DNA of 64,000 bases from the human T2T-CHM13v2.0 reference genome, Homo sapiens, in the NCBI RefSeq assembly GCF_009914755.1, contig NC_060940.1; one strand, 5' to 3'. Each line of letters begins with the position of its first letter. Position 1 is the stretch's first letter. Below the pieces are notes generated by a model. It worked only from the letters and a program-made list of their open reading frames with translations. It was not told the origin of the DNA and did not search any database. Of this stretch, positions 1-15,513 are shown piece by piece. Both the position numbers and the translations under genes were made by a program.

Positions 1-767
1 GCATAGGAGTTAAGGGTTTGTTTGCTTTTGCAACTTGAACACACTCATTGGGAGCTTTGGATAATGACAACAATGATGATGATTTTAAGAGTTAATCAAA
101 TTAAAGGCTATGAAATGATGCCCACTGTGGATCCTGTGCCTGGTGCTCAGCACATACAACATCATTTCATTTTCACAGCCCTTGTGACATGATAGGGCTC
201 TTTTGCAGATGAGGAAATGCAGGCTCAGAGTTATCTAGCATTGTACCCTTAAGCAGAAGGGGGAGGTAGGAGTGAATCTCTGTCTGCCTCTAAACTCTTG
301 AGCTCCCCTCCAGAAGTCCAGGGCTCTTAGAAACTTTGTACTCAACCATTAAATTGTTGCCATTGTGCTGAGGAGCAAGGAAACTGGGATCACACAGCTA
401 GATCACAGTGGGGGAACCTGAATTATGGGGATGCTCACAAAAGGGCAAAACACAACGGTTGCTGTCATTTGATGCTTTATGTTAAGTGTGCATATGCTCA
501 GTTGCAGAAACCTAAATTGCTAAATTGCAAGGCTGTATATGATATGCCAATTTGGCATATTCTGTCTTTTTATATTCTGCCACCCCTATCATACTTATGA
601 AAATGCCAGGTTGTAATCATTCACTGGGAGAAACAAGGGGTTGAACATTGTTATCGCGCAAAGGAAGCTGGGCCTAGTAAAGGAATGTAAATACTAAAAT
701 GCCAGCATCACTGTTACTTACTGTGTTTCTCTGGATGTATTACTTAACCTCTCTGGCTTTATTTCTG

Positions 768-801
768 CCCGCCCTCCCCCCGCCCCCCCCCCCCCCCCCC
801 C
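768..801. repeat. C-rich tract ending in C19
   Basis: CCCGCCCTCCCCCCG followed by C run 783-801. Confidence 0.95.
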
Positions 802-2075
802 AATGCCTCAATCTGTGGCAGAGTTGTTACATTATTGAAAAAGAACATAAAGCATATTTTCTGGCATACAGCATATGTTTAATTTATAATTTTTGTTTTT
901 ATCATTAAAAGCAACAGATTGCTGTATTCTTGCCTGCCACTGACATGGACTTAATTGTTTCATTTAGACATTTAAATGGGCAATACACTTAAAATGCAGA
1001 TATAACTTTGTCAAAACATGCTTATTTTAGGAAATGTGTTTCTCCAGTAAAGCTCAGTATCTGGGGCTTTTTCGGTTGTATTCTATATGAATCTTGAATA
1101 CTGAAGTTTCTCACCATGGAGATGACAAACACATAAAATGTTTACTTTGCAAACTGAATTTCTCTTGCTGCTTTTTCTGAAGTTCCCCAGAGGCTCATCA
1201 TCATCAATACCATCAATTAATAGTCATCCTTGGCTTCCTCGATCCTCAGCACTGCGCTGGGCACTGCCCCCCAGGAGCATCCATGCACCTCAAATCCTGA
1301 CCTTGTGACTTTCAAGTCCCTAAGTGACCCCACACTGAAGAATCTGGTGAAGGCCATCCAAGCCCAGAGTTCATTTAAGTGGCAGCGATGGGACCAAATT
1401 ATAGGCCAGGTCTGTCTTATGAAAGATGATAAATGGATGTGTCATATCGGGAAAGAAATCACTCTGTCATCATATGACAGGCTGGCTTGATTTCTTTGCA
1501 CCAGTGTCCCTAAAAGTTGGGATGGGGGTGTGAAGCGTGCCAGCTTTCAAAGCCAGTTGTCACTCCATTTTGTGCTGTACCTCCCCAGTTATGAATCTGG
1601 GGCATCTTCACTGGACTCTCCAAGCCCCAGTACCCTCAGTGTGGAAGGAGAAAGCATGACCCACTGGGCAGGACACAGAAGGCTTCTGTGAGAATGAAGC
1701 TCTATCATGCTTGTAGAACATGGAGCGCTCAGCAAATACAAATCACAGCCCATCTCCTCCAATCATTTGGGGTATTAGGATTCCCTTCACTCCAACTCCC
1801 ACTGGAAAACCTCTTTGCCATGACACAGAGATTCCACAATCTTCTATTTTTATTTAAAAATTTTTTTAAAGAGTGATCTTTGGTTTTCTCAGTAGATGCT
1901 TTCCTCTGAATAGCAAGCATATAGATAGTCTTCTCCTTCAGACCCACGACCATGGCTATATTATTTAGTCTACAGTGGTTCTTTGTACAAAGTGCTTCTG
2001 CAAAGCTCTTAGAGCACCCAGAGCTGGCTTTGGAAAGCAAGACATTAGGAATGAGCTAGCCTGAATGAGTCCTGA

Positions 2076-2375
2076 TTTTTTTTTTTTTTTTTTTTTTTTT
2101 GGAGATGATCTTCTTCTGTTGCCCAGGCTGGAGTACAGTTGTACAATCTTGGCTCATGGCAACCTCAAACTTCTGGGCTCAAGCCAGCCGCCCATCTCAG
2201 CTACTTAGTAGCTTGGATTATGGGTTTGTACCACCTTGCCTGGCTAATTTGTATTTTTAGTAGAGATGACATTTTGCCATGTTGGCCAGGCTGGTCTTGA
2301 ACTCCTGGCCTCATGTGATTGCCCCAACCTCAGCCTCCCAAAGTGTTGGGATTATAGGTGTGAGCCTCTGTACCT
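2076..2375 (-). mobile_element. Alu (old, J/S type)
   Basis: Poly-T then reverse-complement Alu dimer; degenerate TSD GAGT(C/T)CTGATTT. Confidence 0.92.
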
Positions 2376-3030
2376 GAGTTCTGATTTCTTAAATTTCACA
2401 GTCCCTTACCTGTAACTCAAATTCCCGAACCTTCAAAAAACAACAAGTGGCAGCAAAACTTGATTTGGAATTGTCGTGGTCTTGTTTATAATCGTCATTT
2501 TTCTTGTCATGTGATTTGATGTTTGGGTATATGTTAACACCTCACTAGGGATATTTCATAGCATATGATTGATGTAAGTCGTAAAAAATTTAGAATCCTT
2601 CAACACATACTTGGATTTTAGATGAAGAATCATAGATTTTTATTTCTGTGGCTTTGGATGAGCTGTTTAATTTTCATTTCAAGTTGCTGGTAAGATGATG
2701 ATGATAATAGAGATAATCCTGTAAGAATGCTGCAAAGGGTTAGTACTTTATTCTTGCAACAAGTATTTATTGTAGGCCTGTATTCAAAGGAGAATAAGAT
2801 AAATAAGATCGAATGTGGAAATTAGATGAATCCGGAGTTAGTGCAATGAAAGTTACTAAGAGAGAACAGAAATACTCTTGATAATGCTGATGTGACTGGA
2901 CTTTTGACAAGCAGTCTGGGACTTCTGCTGAAAAGTGCTCTTGAAGCCAAGCAAAATCATTTCCACACCCTCAGCACCTCCAGTTTTTCCTGGCCTTGGT
3001 CTCAGGGTGGTTGACCTTTTGCCGATGTGT

Positions 3031-3367
<337 letters not shown>

Positions 3368-3940
3368 TGCTGATATATTTTTAATTATCATAAGAAACAG
3401 TTAAAGTGAAATTGCAACCCCATGGTATCGGTGGACTGAACGTTTGGTTCTCATTTCCTTGAGATGGTAGTTTCCTCCTCTGGCTACTTTTGTCCAGCCA
3501 GTTCTCCTCTGTGGGCATTTGGGGAAGGGCTCTCTGATAGAAATATGAAATGATGAGGGATGCAAAAAACGTGGTTTGTTTCTTAGAACAACCTCCACCA
3601 CGAAGGTTCCAGACAGAGTGAAATTTCTGTATTTGCTGACCCTGTCGCCAGTAGCCTGGAATAAACAGCAAAAATAGTTCTTGAGGCTTCGTGGCAAATG
3701 TGACCTACCTTTGTAGTTCTTGGGTAGGTGTGTGACTGTGGCCTATGAGGCCAAGTTGCAAGGTCTTTGGATGAACTTTGTGGCATCTGGCAATGTCCCC
3801 AGTGCAACCTATGTAAAATATAGCAGTTTCCTGCACACGCTTAAGGGAAGAAACCGTTGTGGGGAAGCGTGCTCTGTTATTCTTGCCAATGTAGCCAACA
3901 TATACATGGGGAGGTCTGTTTTATGTTTTATGTTTGATGG

Positions 3941-4256
3941 TTTTTTCTTTTTCTTTCTTTTTTTTTTTTTTGAGACAGGGCCTTGCTTTGTCACCCTGGC
4001 TCAAGTGCAGTGGTAGAATCATAGGTCACTGCAGCCTCAAACTCTTTGGCTCCAGTGATCCTCCCACCTCAACCTCCCAAGTAGCTGGGACTACAGGCGT
4101 GTACCACCATGACCAGCTAATCTTTTAGTTTTTGTAGAGACAAGTTCTTGCTATGTTGCCCACAGTAACATAGTAAGTCTCAAATTCCTGGCCTCAAGCG
4201 ATCCTCCAGCCTTGTCCTCCCAAAGTACTGGATTACAGGCATGAGTCACTGCCTGG
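3941..4256 (-). mobile_element. AluJ
   Basis: Reverse Alu with J-type GATCCTCCCACCTCA and TCAAGCGATCCTCC. Confidence 0.9.
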
Positions 4257-4437
4257 TGCTTTCTTTTTGTCTTTTTCTAATAACCATTGCTATAGATGGT
4301 TGTCCTTAACGCGTAAATGTTTAAAATACCTAAATGCCTAAACGTTTGAAAACATTCCTTAAAAATTGAAGTTATAGCATACTAACAAGTGTTCATTTTT
4401 ATAATTGCTGATTTAACTTAATAAAAACCAATAACTA

Positions 4438-4526
4438 TAAATATCCTTAATGCCACTGAATTGTTCACTTAAAGTGGTTAAAATGATAAATTTTGTTACG
4501 TATATTTTACCACAAATTAAAGAAAA
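4438..4526 (+). mobile_element. L1M (L1MB-like) 3' end fragment
   Basis: AATGCCACTGAATTGTTCACTTAAAGTGGTTAAAATGATAAATTTTG...TTTTACCACAAATTAAA resembles the L1MB 3' terminus. Confidence 0.75.
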
Positions 4527-4605
4527 TTAATATTTCCAACAAGCCAAAGCTCTATGTAAATGTCCTAAATTAATGTGTTTAAAGAGAAAATTTCACCAGT
4601 GATAA

Positions 4606-4900
4606 TTTTTTTTTTTTTTCCCCTGAGAAAGTCTTGCTCTGTTGCCAGGCTATAGTGCACTGGCGTGATCTCAGCTCACTACAATCTCTGCCTCCTGGGT
4701 TCAAGCAATTCTCCTGCCTCAGCCTCCCGAGTAGGTGAGACTACAGGCGCATGCCACCACCGCCAGCTAATTTTTGTATTTTTAGTGGAGACGAGGTTTC
4801 ACCGTGTTGGCCGGGATGCTCTCGATCTTTTGACCACGTGATCCGCCCGCCTTGGCCTCCCATAGTGCTGGGATTATAGGCGTGAACCACCGTGCCCGGC
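4606..4900 (-). mobile_element. AluSc-like
   Basis: Reverse Alu with GTTGCCAGGC (single-base deletion) and CTCGATCT diagnostics. Confidence 0.92.
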
Positions 4901-5999
4901 AGGGAGTAACATTTCTATGCAACTATATGTGGGTGTATTTTTCTGAACATGTCAGTGAAGTTTAAATATTCATCTCACTTCTTTCAGTCACCCTCAAAGG
5001 GGAATTTAATTTACGACTTCATTTGTACTTTCAAACTTCCTCCTGGAAACAGAAGAAAATAAAATTAGATTTTTGTAAGCTGAGATGATATGCATGTTCT
5101 TATTTTCAATACAGTTAGTCTCTCCACTTTATTTTTAAACACAACCTCATAATACAAATAATCTAGTCTTTTCTGGAGCAGTCTATTTATTCAGACAGGT
5201 GGAAGTTGATGCTAAAGATTGGCGTTAAATTGAGTAAACCATTCATGTAGTAAATAAGATAATTTGTTTCTGCCCCCCAAAAGATTAAAATATAGATTTT
5301 TTTCAAAGTCTGTTTTTTTAACACCTACGGTCCCTGAATATGTTCGATTGAGGTTTGTGTCTGTAATTTGGAACGGCTTTTTGTTGCAACTAAAATATTC
5401 ATTTGCAGAAATTATCACTGAGGGTGTTAGCTTCTTTATGCTTGCGTTTCTTGCATTTGTTACTAAATAAAATATTTAGAAGTCACGTCGATTTTCAAAA
5501 TGATAGTTAAGGATGAAGGTAATATTGGCATATTTATTTTTATCTGTGTAATTTTTGCAACTTATAACCCCTTCAGGTCCAAATGAAACAGGCAACCAGG
5601 TAATAAACCAATTACATTCTAATACAGATTACTTCATGACAGTGTCTTATTTTCCAGTTTATATGTAGGTGAGATTCTTTGGAGACCGTCTTCGTAATAT
5701 AGCTAGTTTTTGTCCATTCATTTTGCTTTGACTTCCTTGTATAGGTACAAAGGTGTAAGTAGGAGAGTCTACCAGGCAGCACACAGACGTGGCCCTGTAA
5801 CCACCCTTGTGTAAAATCAGAGTAATCCTCCCTATCCTTGCTTATTTCACTGGGTTCATGGGTGATGACTGTAAATGACACAGGAGACAGGGAAAGAGTT
5901 TTGTTATCCTGATACACACATTCTTAAATGCCTCTAGCTGTGTAGACATTGGTTTGTCCATATTAATAGTATTTTACGAAGTGCCAGTTGTGTGCCTGC

Positions 6000-6185
6000 T
6001 TTGTGGCATATGCATTGGCATTCATTGCTTTATTTAATTCTTCCAACAACGTGTCAGATGTCTGTTCAAATTATTCCCCCCTTTACAGACACAGAAACTA
6101 AGATTCAGAGAGGTTATGCAATGTGCCAACAGGGAGAAGTTGGAGCTGGAATTTGAACCAGGCTGGCTGACTCCAAAGCTGTGTC
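6000..6185 (-). mobile_element. MIR
   Basis: TTTACAGACACAGAAACTAAGATTCAGAGAGGTT...CTGGAATTTGAACCAGGCTGGCTGACTCCAAAGC, the MIR core. Confidence 0.7.
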
Positions 6186-7250
6186 CTCAAGCAGTACATC
6201 AGAGCCGAGGAAGGTCAAGTTTGGAACGCCATTTAGCTGCTCTCAGGGAGTCTGATTACTGTTTCTCTGTTGAGGCTCAGCTCAAGCCTTCCCTGGGCCA
6301 TGAAAGACAACTTAGGTTTGGGTGTCCTGTGTTTGTACCTTGTTTTGTGCCCACCTACATCCTGGGTTATGTCTTTCCCCACCCCAAGCCTTTTTTGCCA
6401 TCTCTTTTTCCCAGAAAGACTGGAAACTTGCCTAAAGAGACAGAATCCCAGATCCCAGATGGATCTACTATTTTAGAATCTCTGCTTCCGCATTTCTAAA
6501 ATCCTTCCCAGAGAATTATTTGACTAGTTAAAGCTTAAGAAACACCCCAGTGGATTATGAGTGCCTTCTAGCCAAGAATGGGTATTTCCTCTGTGCAATC
6601 TGAGGGCACGGGACACTCCTCCAGCGGAGTAGCCTGTGATTTGTATGGGCTGCATGAATTCCTGCACTAACAAGGTAAAAGAAGGATGTTAAAGAAAACC
6701 CGAGATCTTTTGGGTACATGCTATAAGGTGAAAGGCTTATTCCATTTGCTCAAGAACAAACATCCATTTGTCCACCCCAAGTATTTATATAGTTCAATTA
6801 AGCGGGCAGGTAAACTGATTTTTTGGGTGGTTAATGATCTGATGATTTTCCTCTCTGTCATTGTGATTGGATATGATAATCTGAGAGTTGCCCAAATTAG
6901 TGCCTTTACTGTAGTTATAATAATGTCATGATGACTGAGGATCACTGAGTGTGCCTTTTGCTCTGTTAAGTGTGCATTCAGAACTTTACTAACATGGGTT
7001 CCACAGGAAATATTAGCCCCATTTTGCAAATGAAGAGGCTGAGGCTCAGAAATTTAAAATTGCTTCATGTCGCACAGTTCAGTGTAAAGTTGCAATGCAA
7101 ACTAAGATGTTTCTGTTGCTTATAATCTTAACTATAATAATCATAAACCATGTTCTGTTGCTCAGAACCCTTGTACTTATAATATAAAACAATCTTTTTA
7201 ACCAAGATTCTTCGCTTGGGTATTCTGAGTAGCATGGAAGAGCATTATAC

Positions 7251-7554
<304 letters not shown>

Positions 7555-9001
7555 AATTTTCTATGGTGTGTGTTACATTTTTTAAAATTTTATTTTACTG
7601 TTTATATAGAAAAAGTTGCCTTATCAACCATTATAATCATGGTATTTAGTGAGTGTAATCTGTTCTGATGTAATACTTAGTTTAACTGGTAAAAAATATT
7701 TTGACAGAATTTAAGATTAGTTCTTTTTGCTTTGTCCGTCAATGTGAAATAATCAGTATATCATATTTATAGAATTCTGCTAAAACATGCATATATACAT
7801 AAACAGATATTCATCTTAATTGATGTTAATTGAGATATAGGAGTACTTCATTAAGTCTCCAGAATACATACTTCATAAGCAGGAGGCATATATGTTTGTA
7901 TATATGTATGTACATAGACTTCATACACATGAAATAAAATTTCAAATGGTTCCTCTGTTCAGCAAACGTGACCCAAAGTTTTGGCTTATTTGGCGTTTTG
8001 TTTTCTTGAAGACATACTTGAATTTTAAATAGTTAATCCATTTAAGAAGTTTCATTTAAGGTACTGTTAAAAAGAAAAAACACAGAACAACACAGTGAGA
8101 GCAGAAAAGGTATCATCTCCTCCCCCTCTTCTTCTCTTTTAGAAACCTTGCTGCGTGATCCACTGATGGTAAATATTTCATGTACTTTGCATATCAGCCT
8201 GAGTTCCTTTTGTGAAGTCAGGTAAATGGAATGTAAATCCCCTCGTCCTCCAGACAGTAAAACGGCATTATTTGATGTTACATCGCATAAAGATGCAGAT
8301 TTGATTCCCCCTTTACTCACACTATAAAAACAAAGTTTTTAAAGTGGTTAGCCATACCTGGAAATGTAAATGCATTCGCGTAATGTAATGCCAAAGAAAA
8401 ATTAAGACAAATGATACCACATCGCTGCCACAAACTGCGGCTCGTACAAAATTCACTTTAGTTATTATGCTGTGAATACGGGCTCTCACCCTCCTCCGTG
8501 AATGCACAATTTATGTTGAATGCAACATGAATCATTTTAATAGACCAAGCAAAAAGTCCCCAAAGTCGATTTTCAAATTATGAACCTTGGAACAGAATAT
8601 AACAACAGCGAACAACAAATAGTTCAGACTTTACTCTGAGCTATGAGTGAACCATTAAAGATACAGCAAGCACTTTCGGTGAGGTGTTACACAATTCATA
8701 GCCTAATGGCAAAAATATCAGAAATGGGGTATTTTTTAATGCTGTTTTTCCAGCCATCATTCTGTTCAATTATTTTCACATTTGTGTAATCAAGATATTC
8801 CCAAACAGAACATAGAGTTGTGTATTGTTGGGAACTAATTATATGTATTATAAATCCAAGAATTAATTTAAATGACCCAGTTTCCACAGAGAAAAAGCCA
8901 CATTGTTTTTAAATAGCTAACTAAACAAAATGCTAACCCATATGGGAGAAATTTCCAAAGAATTAAAACCACCCACCAGGAAAATGGGAAAGTCTCCCCT
9001 C

Positions 9002-9017
9002 CACACACACACACACG

Positions 9018-9057
<40 letters not shown>
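9002..9057. repeat. Compound (CA)n(CG)5(CA)n microsatellite
   Basis: 56 bp of uninterrupted purine-pyrimidine alternation; CG core at 9016-9025. Confidence 0.97.
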
Positions 9058-9061
<4 letters not shown>

Positions 9062-9192
9062 CACCAAATCACACCTGAACAAGAGGAAGAAAATTAAACT
9101 CATTGAGGAGATACCATCTTTTTTAAAAAAAAAAAAAAAAAGGCAGCAAAATGTGAGATGGGCGTTTATTATGAGATACACGAAGACAGAGA

Positions 9193-10359
<1,167 letters not shown>

Positions 10360-10394
10360 CTACTTGTCTTGGCCAATGAAATGAAAAGCCTACA

Positions 10395-10927
<533 letters not shown>

Positions 10928-10997
10928 CTAAAAGTTTTGGCTTATAAAAATGGTATTTCCTGAGTTTTTACAATTATAGTATTAAGATATTCCTAGG

Positions 10998-11283
10998 TTT
11001 TTGTTTGTTTTCGAGACGAAGTTTCGCTCTCATTTCCCAGGATGGAGTGCAGTGGTGCAATCTCCTCCGCCTCCCAGTTTAAGCCATTCTCCTGCCTCAG
11101 CCTCCTGAGTAGCTGGGATTACAGGCGCCCGCCACCATGCCCGGCTAATTTTTTGTATTTTTTAGTACAGACGGGGTTTCAGCATGTTGGCCAGGCTGGT
11201 CTCAAACTCCTGACCTCACGTGATCCACCCGCCTTGGCCTCCTAAAGGGTTGGGATTACAGGTGTCAGCTAGTGCACCTGACC
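10998..11283 (-). mobile_element. AluS (Sq/Sp-like) with small internal deletion
   Basis: Reverse dimer lacking GGCTCACTGCAAC; CCTAGG on both sides. Confidence 0.9.
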
Positions 11284-11479
11284 CTAGGATAATCTTAATT
11301 TTAAGTAACTGGTAACTCATAAATTTTTAAACACTCTGCAGTTCAAAGAAAACATGTTTGTGGTAGGTAGCCAGTTTATAACCTGTGTAAGACTGTGTTA
11401 TTAGCAAATCCCTCAATGTGTTGACCAAGAGTGGGTAGGAATCCTGCAGACAGAATCTTTTGAAGGTGGTTTGTTTTTT

Positions 11480-11845
11480 TATTCCTTTATAAGTACAGTT
11501 GTAGATTTACAAAGTAATTGAGTATATAGTACATAAGGTCTTGTGTACCCACCGATCGCAATTGAGCATATAGTACATGCTGTCCTGTGTACCCACTGAT
11601 CCCTGGTCCTGCCCCTGGTATGAGGGTATTAACATCTTGCATTAGTGTGGCACATTTGCTACAATTAATAAACCAATATCGATACATTATTAACTAGTCT
11701 ATAGTTTACATGAGGGGCTGCTGCTTGTGTTGTACATTCTATAGGTTTGTTCAATGCATAATGACAGGTGTCTGTCATTTCATTATGGAGTGAAACCATT
11801 CCAATTTCATACAGCGTAGTTTCACGCCTCTAAAAGTCCCCTGAA
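11480..11845 (-). mobile_element. L1MC-like 3' fragment
   Basis: ATTAACATCTTGCATTAGTGTGGCACATTTGCTACAATTAATAAACCAATATCGATACATTATTAACTA is typical of the L1MC 3'UTR. Confidence 0.75.
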
Positions 11846-14220
11846 AGTGTTATTAAAAGTACTATCTGGCCATGTCCTCATTTCCCCAGCAAAGTCCTTC
11901 TGAGAATTTAGGCGCTTTAGGCTAGAGGATCTCAGTGCTCAGAATGAAATATCCCTGTACTCCAAGATGCCTCCAGCAATTATAATTGAATCTTGAAGCT
12001 AGAGTTTCTTGGCTATCCTATTTCCCTTTTGTTTCCACCATGAAGAAGTGGAGAGCCGTGTGACCTCAGTGGTAGAGCTGATGTAGAAGCGCCCTCTCTG
12101 TTCCTGGCAGTGCCTGTCCTGCTAACCTCGTGTCTCTTGCTGGGGTCTTCATCAGTAAGAGACCTCACAAGATGCTTTATCAGGTCACTTGGCAACCAAG
12201 CTGATGAGGATAGCAGTTTCTTTTGTTCTTTTAAAACATATATAAAATTATTTTTATCAAACATGACAGATCAAAAGCCTTCTGGAAAGGAGAGATGGTA
12301 ACTAATTTAGGCAGTGTCTTTTGCTTTCACATGGTGTACCCAGTACTATTAATATGAATTTATCACATGGAAACAAACTTTTAAAAAAATTAATTTTGTG
12401 AATTAAATAAAGCAGCATGCAAATTTACTATCGTATTCAGCAACCAAAATTTTATCACTTGCCTGATACTGCCTAGTGAGCAGGTGGAAATGTAGACACC
12501 AACACCCTCATGGATTCCCAGCTGCTGAGAGTTTGAATAGTATGTGAAGTCTGTAGAGACAAAATTGTTGTTTTCCCCAGTTGTAAAGTGTGCAATATTA
12601 TCCTTGCAAAATTGTCTGTTTATTTTTTTTGCCCTTTTGGGGGACAAAATGTCTTTATGTTAAATTGTTTTATTATTGTTATCTTTATGGAGTTAAGGGC
12701 ACATAAAATATTCTTACAGAGAGAAATTCTGTAGTTTCCACAAGTAACCAGAGAATTGTTCATGGCAGAGAATTATTTTTTCAATGCCTATTTTCTCCTG
12801 AATTTTCTGACGGAGTTAGAGATAGGAAAATACCATAATCTGCTATAAATTCAGTTGAAAAATAGAAATAGTGAGAAATCCAGGTTGTGCTCTGTCGTAA
12901 TTTAAGCCTAATATGTGATTGTCTACATGTTTACAAGTTACCGCCTTTTTATTTCTTCTCTTTTTCTGTTTTCTTCTTCCATTTTTATGTTTTGCTATGC
13001 CATTCATTCATTCTATTCTTTTCATTTCTTTTTTTTTTTGTAAAAATTGTACAGAGTTTAAAGTTAGTCAGGTATGTCTATTAAATTTTTACGTAAAAAG
13101 TTAAAGCAGCCCTCAGCATCAACTTCTTCTTCATTTCTAACTCATTTAGTGAATTCAGTTGGTCTTTATATATGTAGCTTTAAGTAATTGCATGTAAACT
13201 GTTACTTCTTCATTTTCTAGTCTTAGATATTATCTGTAGGTTTTTCAATAAGAAGGAAATTTAGCTTCCTTCTACTTTGGTGCCCCATGATGATGTGCAT
13301 CTTTTTTATTTCTGCATCATATCCATATAGTGATATCATGTATAATGATGTTTAAGAAGACAGTTATTTTTGTTTAAATTGTTATAAATAAGTAAGTGTA
13401 TGCACCACTATGCCATGTAGCATATCAAGATTATTTTTCTTTCCTGCACCTTATATTTTCCCTGGAGTTAATACTCATCTTTTTTTAGAAATTTGCTGAG
13501 TTTGTGATGTACCTATCATTCAACCTCAAACTTTCATGTGATTGTCTAAATCTCAGTTCCTTTTATTAGAAAAAAAAAAAAAAACAACTCCCCTGGAGCC
13601 TTTGTACCTTCTGCAGTTTGGGGTTGTTGTCCTTTTTGCTTGGTGCACAGGAATACTTGGTGATGTTCTTTTTAAAACTGCCCTCACATTGTATCCTGGA
13701 AAGTTCATTTACCTGTACCCGGAGTTGGAACTTCTCTTCCACATCTTTTCCTGTATTGGTTTGGTTATTGTTTTGTGGGAGCATGTCTTGTAGTAGCTTT
13801 CTGAAAAAGGATGATAGAATATGTGTGTGTGTCTGTGTGTGTGTATTTCAGGTTTCAAAATGTTTCTGTTCCATCCTCATTTTATTCATTGTTAGGGATA
13901 GAATTACAGATTTAAAATCAATTTTGCTTCAGAGTTTTAAATTCTATTTGGTGGCTTTCTGTGTTGTTCTCGGGAAGTACAAACCCTTGTGACCGCTGTT
14001 CTCTTTCATTTCTATCTGCTTCTCTCTTGGGAGTACAATGGGAGGCATATCATCAACCCCTTGCTGCTATCCAAATAGGAGACTGTTCCCTTTCAAGAGA
14101 ATTTTAGGTATTCAGATCCTAGACCTCCCAGATGGCCTCATAAGTATTTTTATCCTCTATTTATCTTTGTCTTTGTGTTACTTTCAGGGATAGTTCTTCT
14201 AGTCTTTTCATGGATTTGGT

Positions 14221-14237
14221 GGGGGGGGGGGGGGGGG
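14221..14237. repeat. G17 homopolymer
   Basis: Direct read. Confidence 0.95.
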
Positions 14238-14290
14238 ACGTTTCTATTTCCTTTATGTTTGATAACATACTATTCTTGTTTCATGGATGA

Positions 14291-14715
<425 letters not shown>

Positions 14716-15375
14716 TCTTGATAAAGTCTTTCCCCAAATGTTCTGATCTGTGGATGTCTGTTTCTATCTAAGTAGAATTCAAAGTTACTGCTGCCAACTC
14801 TTAGCACATGGCCACGGCCAGTTAACTGTGGACTCCTCTGAAGGATGATCTGGCTGGACTATTTTTTGGGAAAACCACTGTGTTTGAATGTTTGCATGTG
14901 TCCTGTTGGCAGAACAAATATCCCACAGAAGGATCTTCTTATCTTCTGCTTGGGGAAGGTGTAGCTCTGACTGCTAGAGTTCTAGAGCCAAGTGAGGGGG
15001 AGAGTTCTGAGTCTCTGCATTCAGTAGGTAAACATTTACAAAGTCTGTGTTTTCAGTATCATGCCACTGTTCTCACCTGTTTATGTTCTCTTCTGATAAT
15101 AAACTTCTGTCATTTTTCTGGAGTTATGAAATGATGGTATCCTGCTGGGCTGAGTGGGGAGGGATTCTCAAGCTGTACATAGCTGACACACAGGTTTCTA
15201 AAAGGTTGTCTTTCACCCCCATTTTCAGAAGTACCAGGTTCCACATTTTCTGAGCCTTTGCTGGCTCTCTGATAGGAATTGTGTTACTTCTCAGCTGTCC
15301 CCATGGCTAGCTTAAGACTCAGCTCTCTTAAGTCACTTCCTAGTTGTCCATCTGCTTTCCAGCATCCAACTGTAA

Positions 15376-15513
15376 TTTTTTTTTTTTTTTAAGAGAAATG
15401 AAGTCTCATTTTGTTTCCCAGGCTGGTCTCACTGTAATTCCTGGGCTCAAGTTACCTCTCACCTTGGCCTCCCAAACTGCTGGGATTATAGGCATGAATC
15501 GCTGTGCCTGGCC
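15376..15513 (-). mobile_element. FLAM / Alu left monomer
   Basis: Poly-T followed by a single reverse left monomer. Confidence 0.85.

Noticed and set aside
699-908. ORF with a poly-proline run (tempting as a WW-domain ligand)
   Set aside because: The prolines come from a C homopolymer; no PPxY motif and no splice or promoter support.
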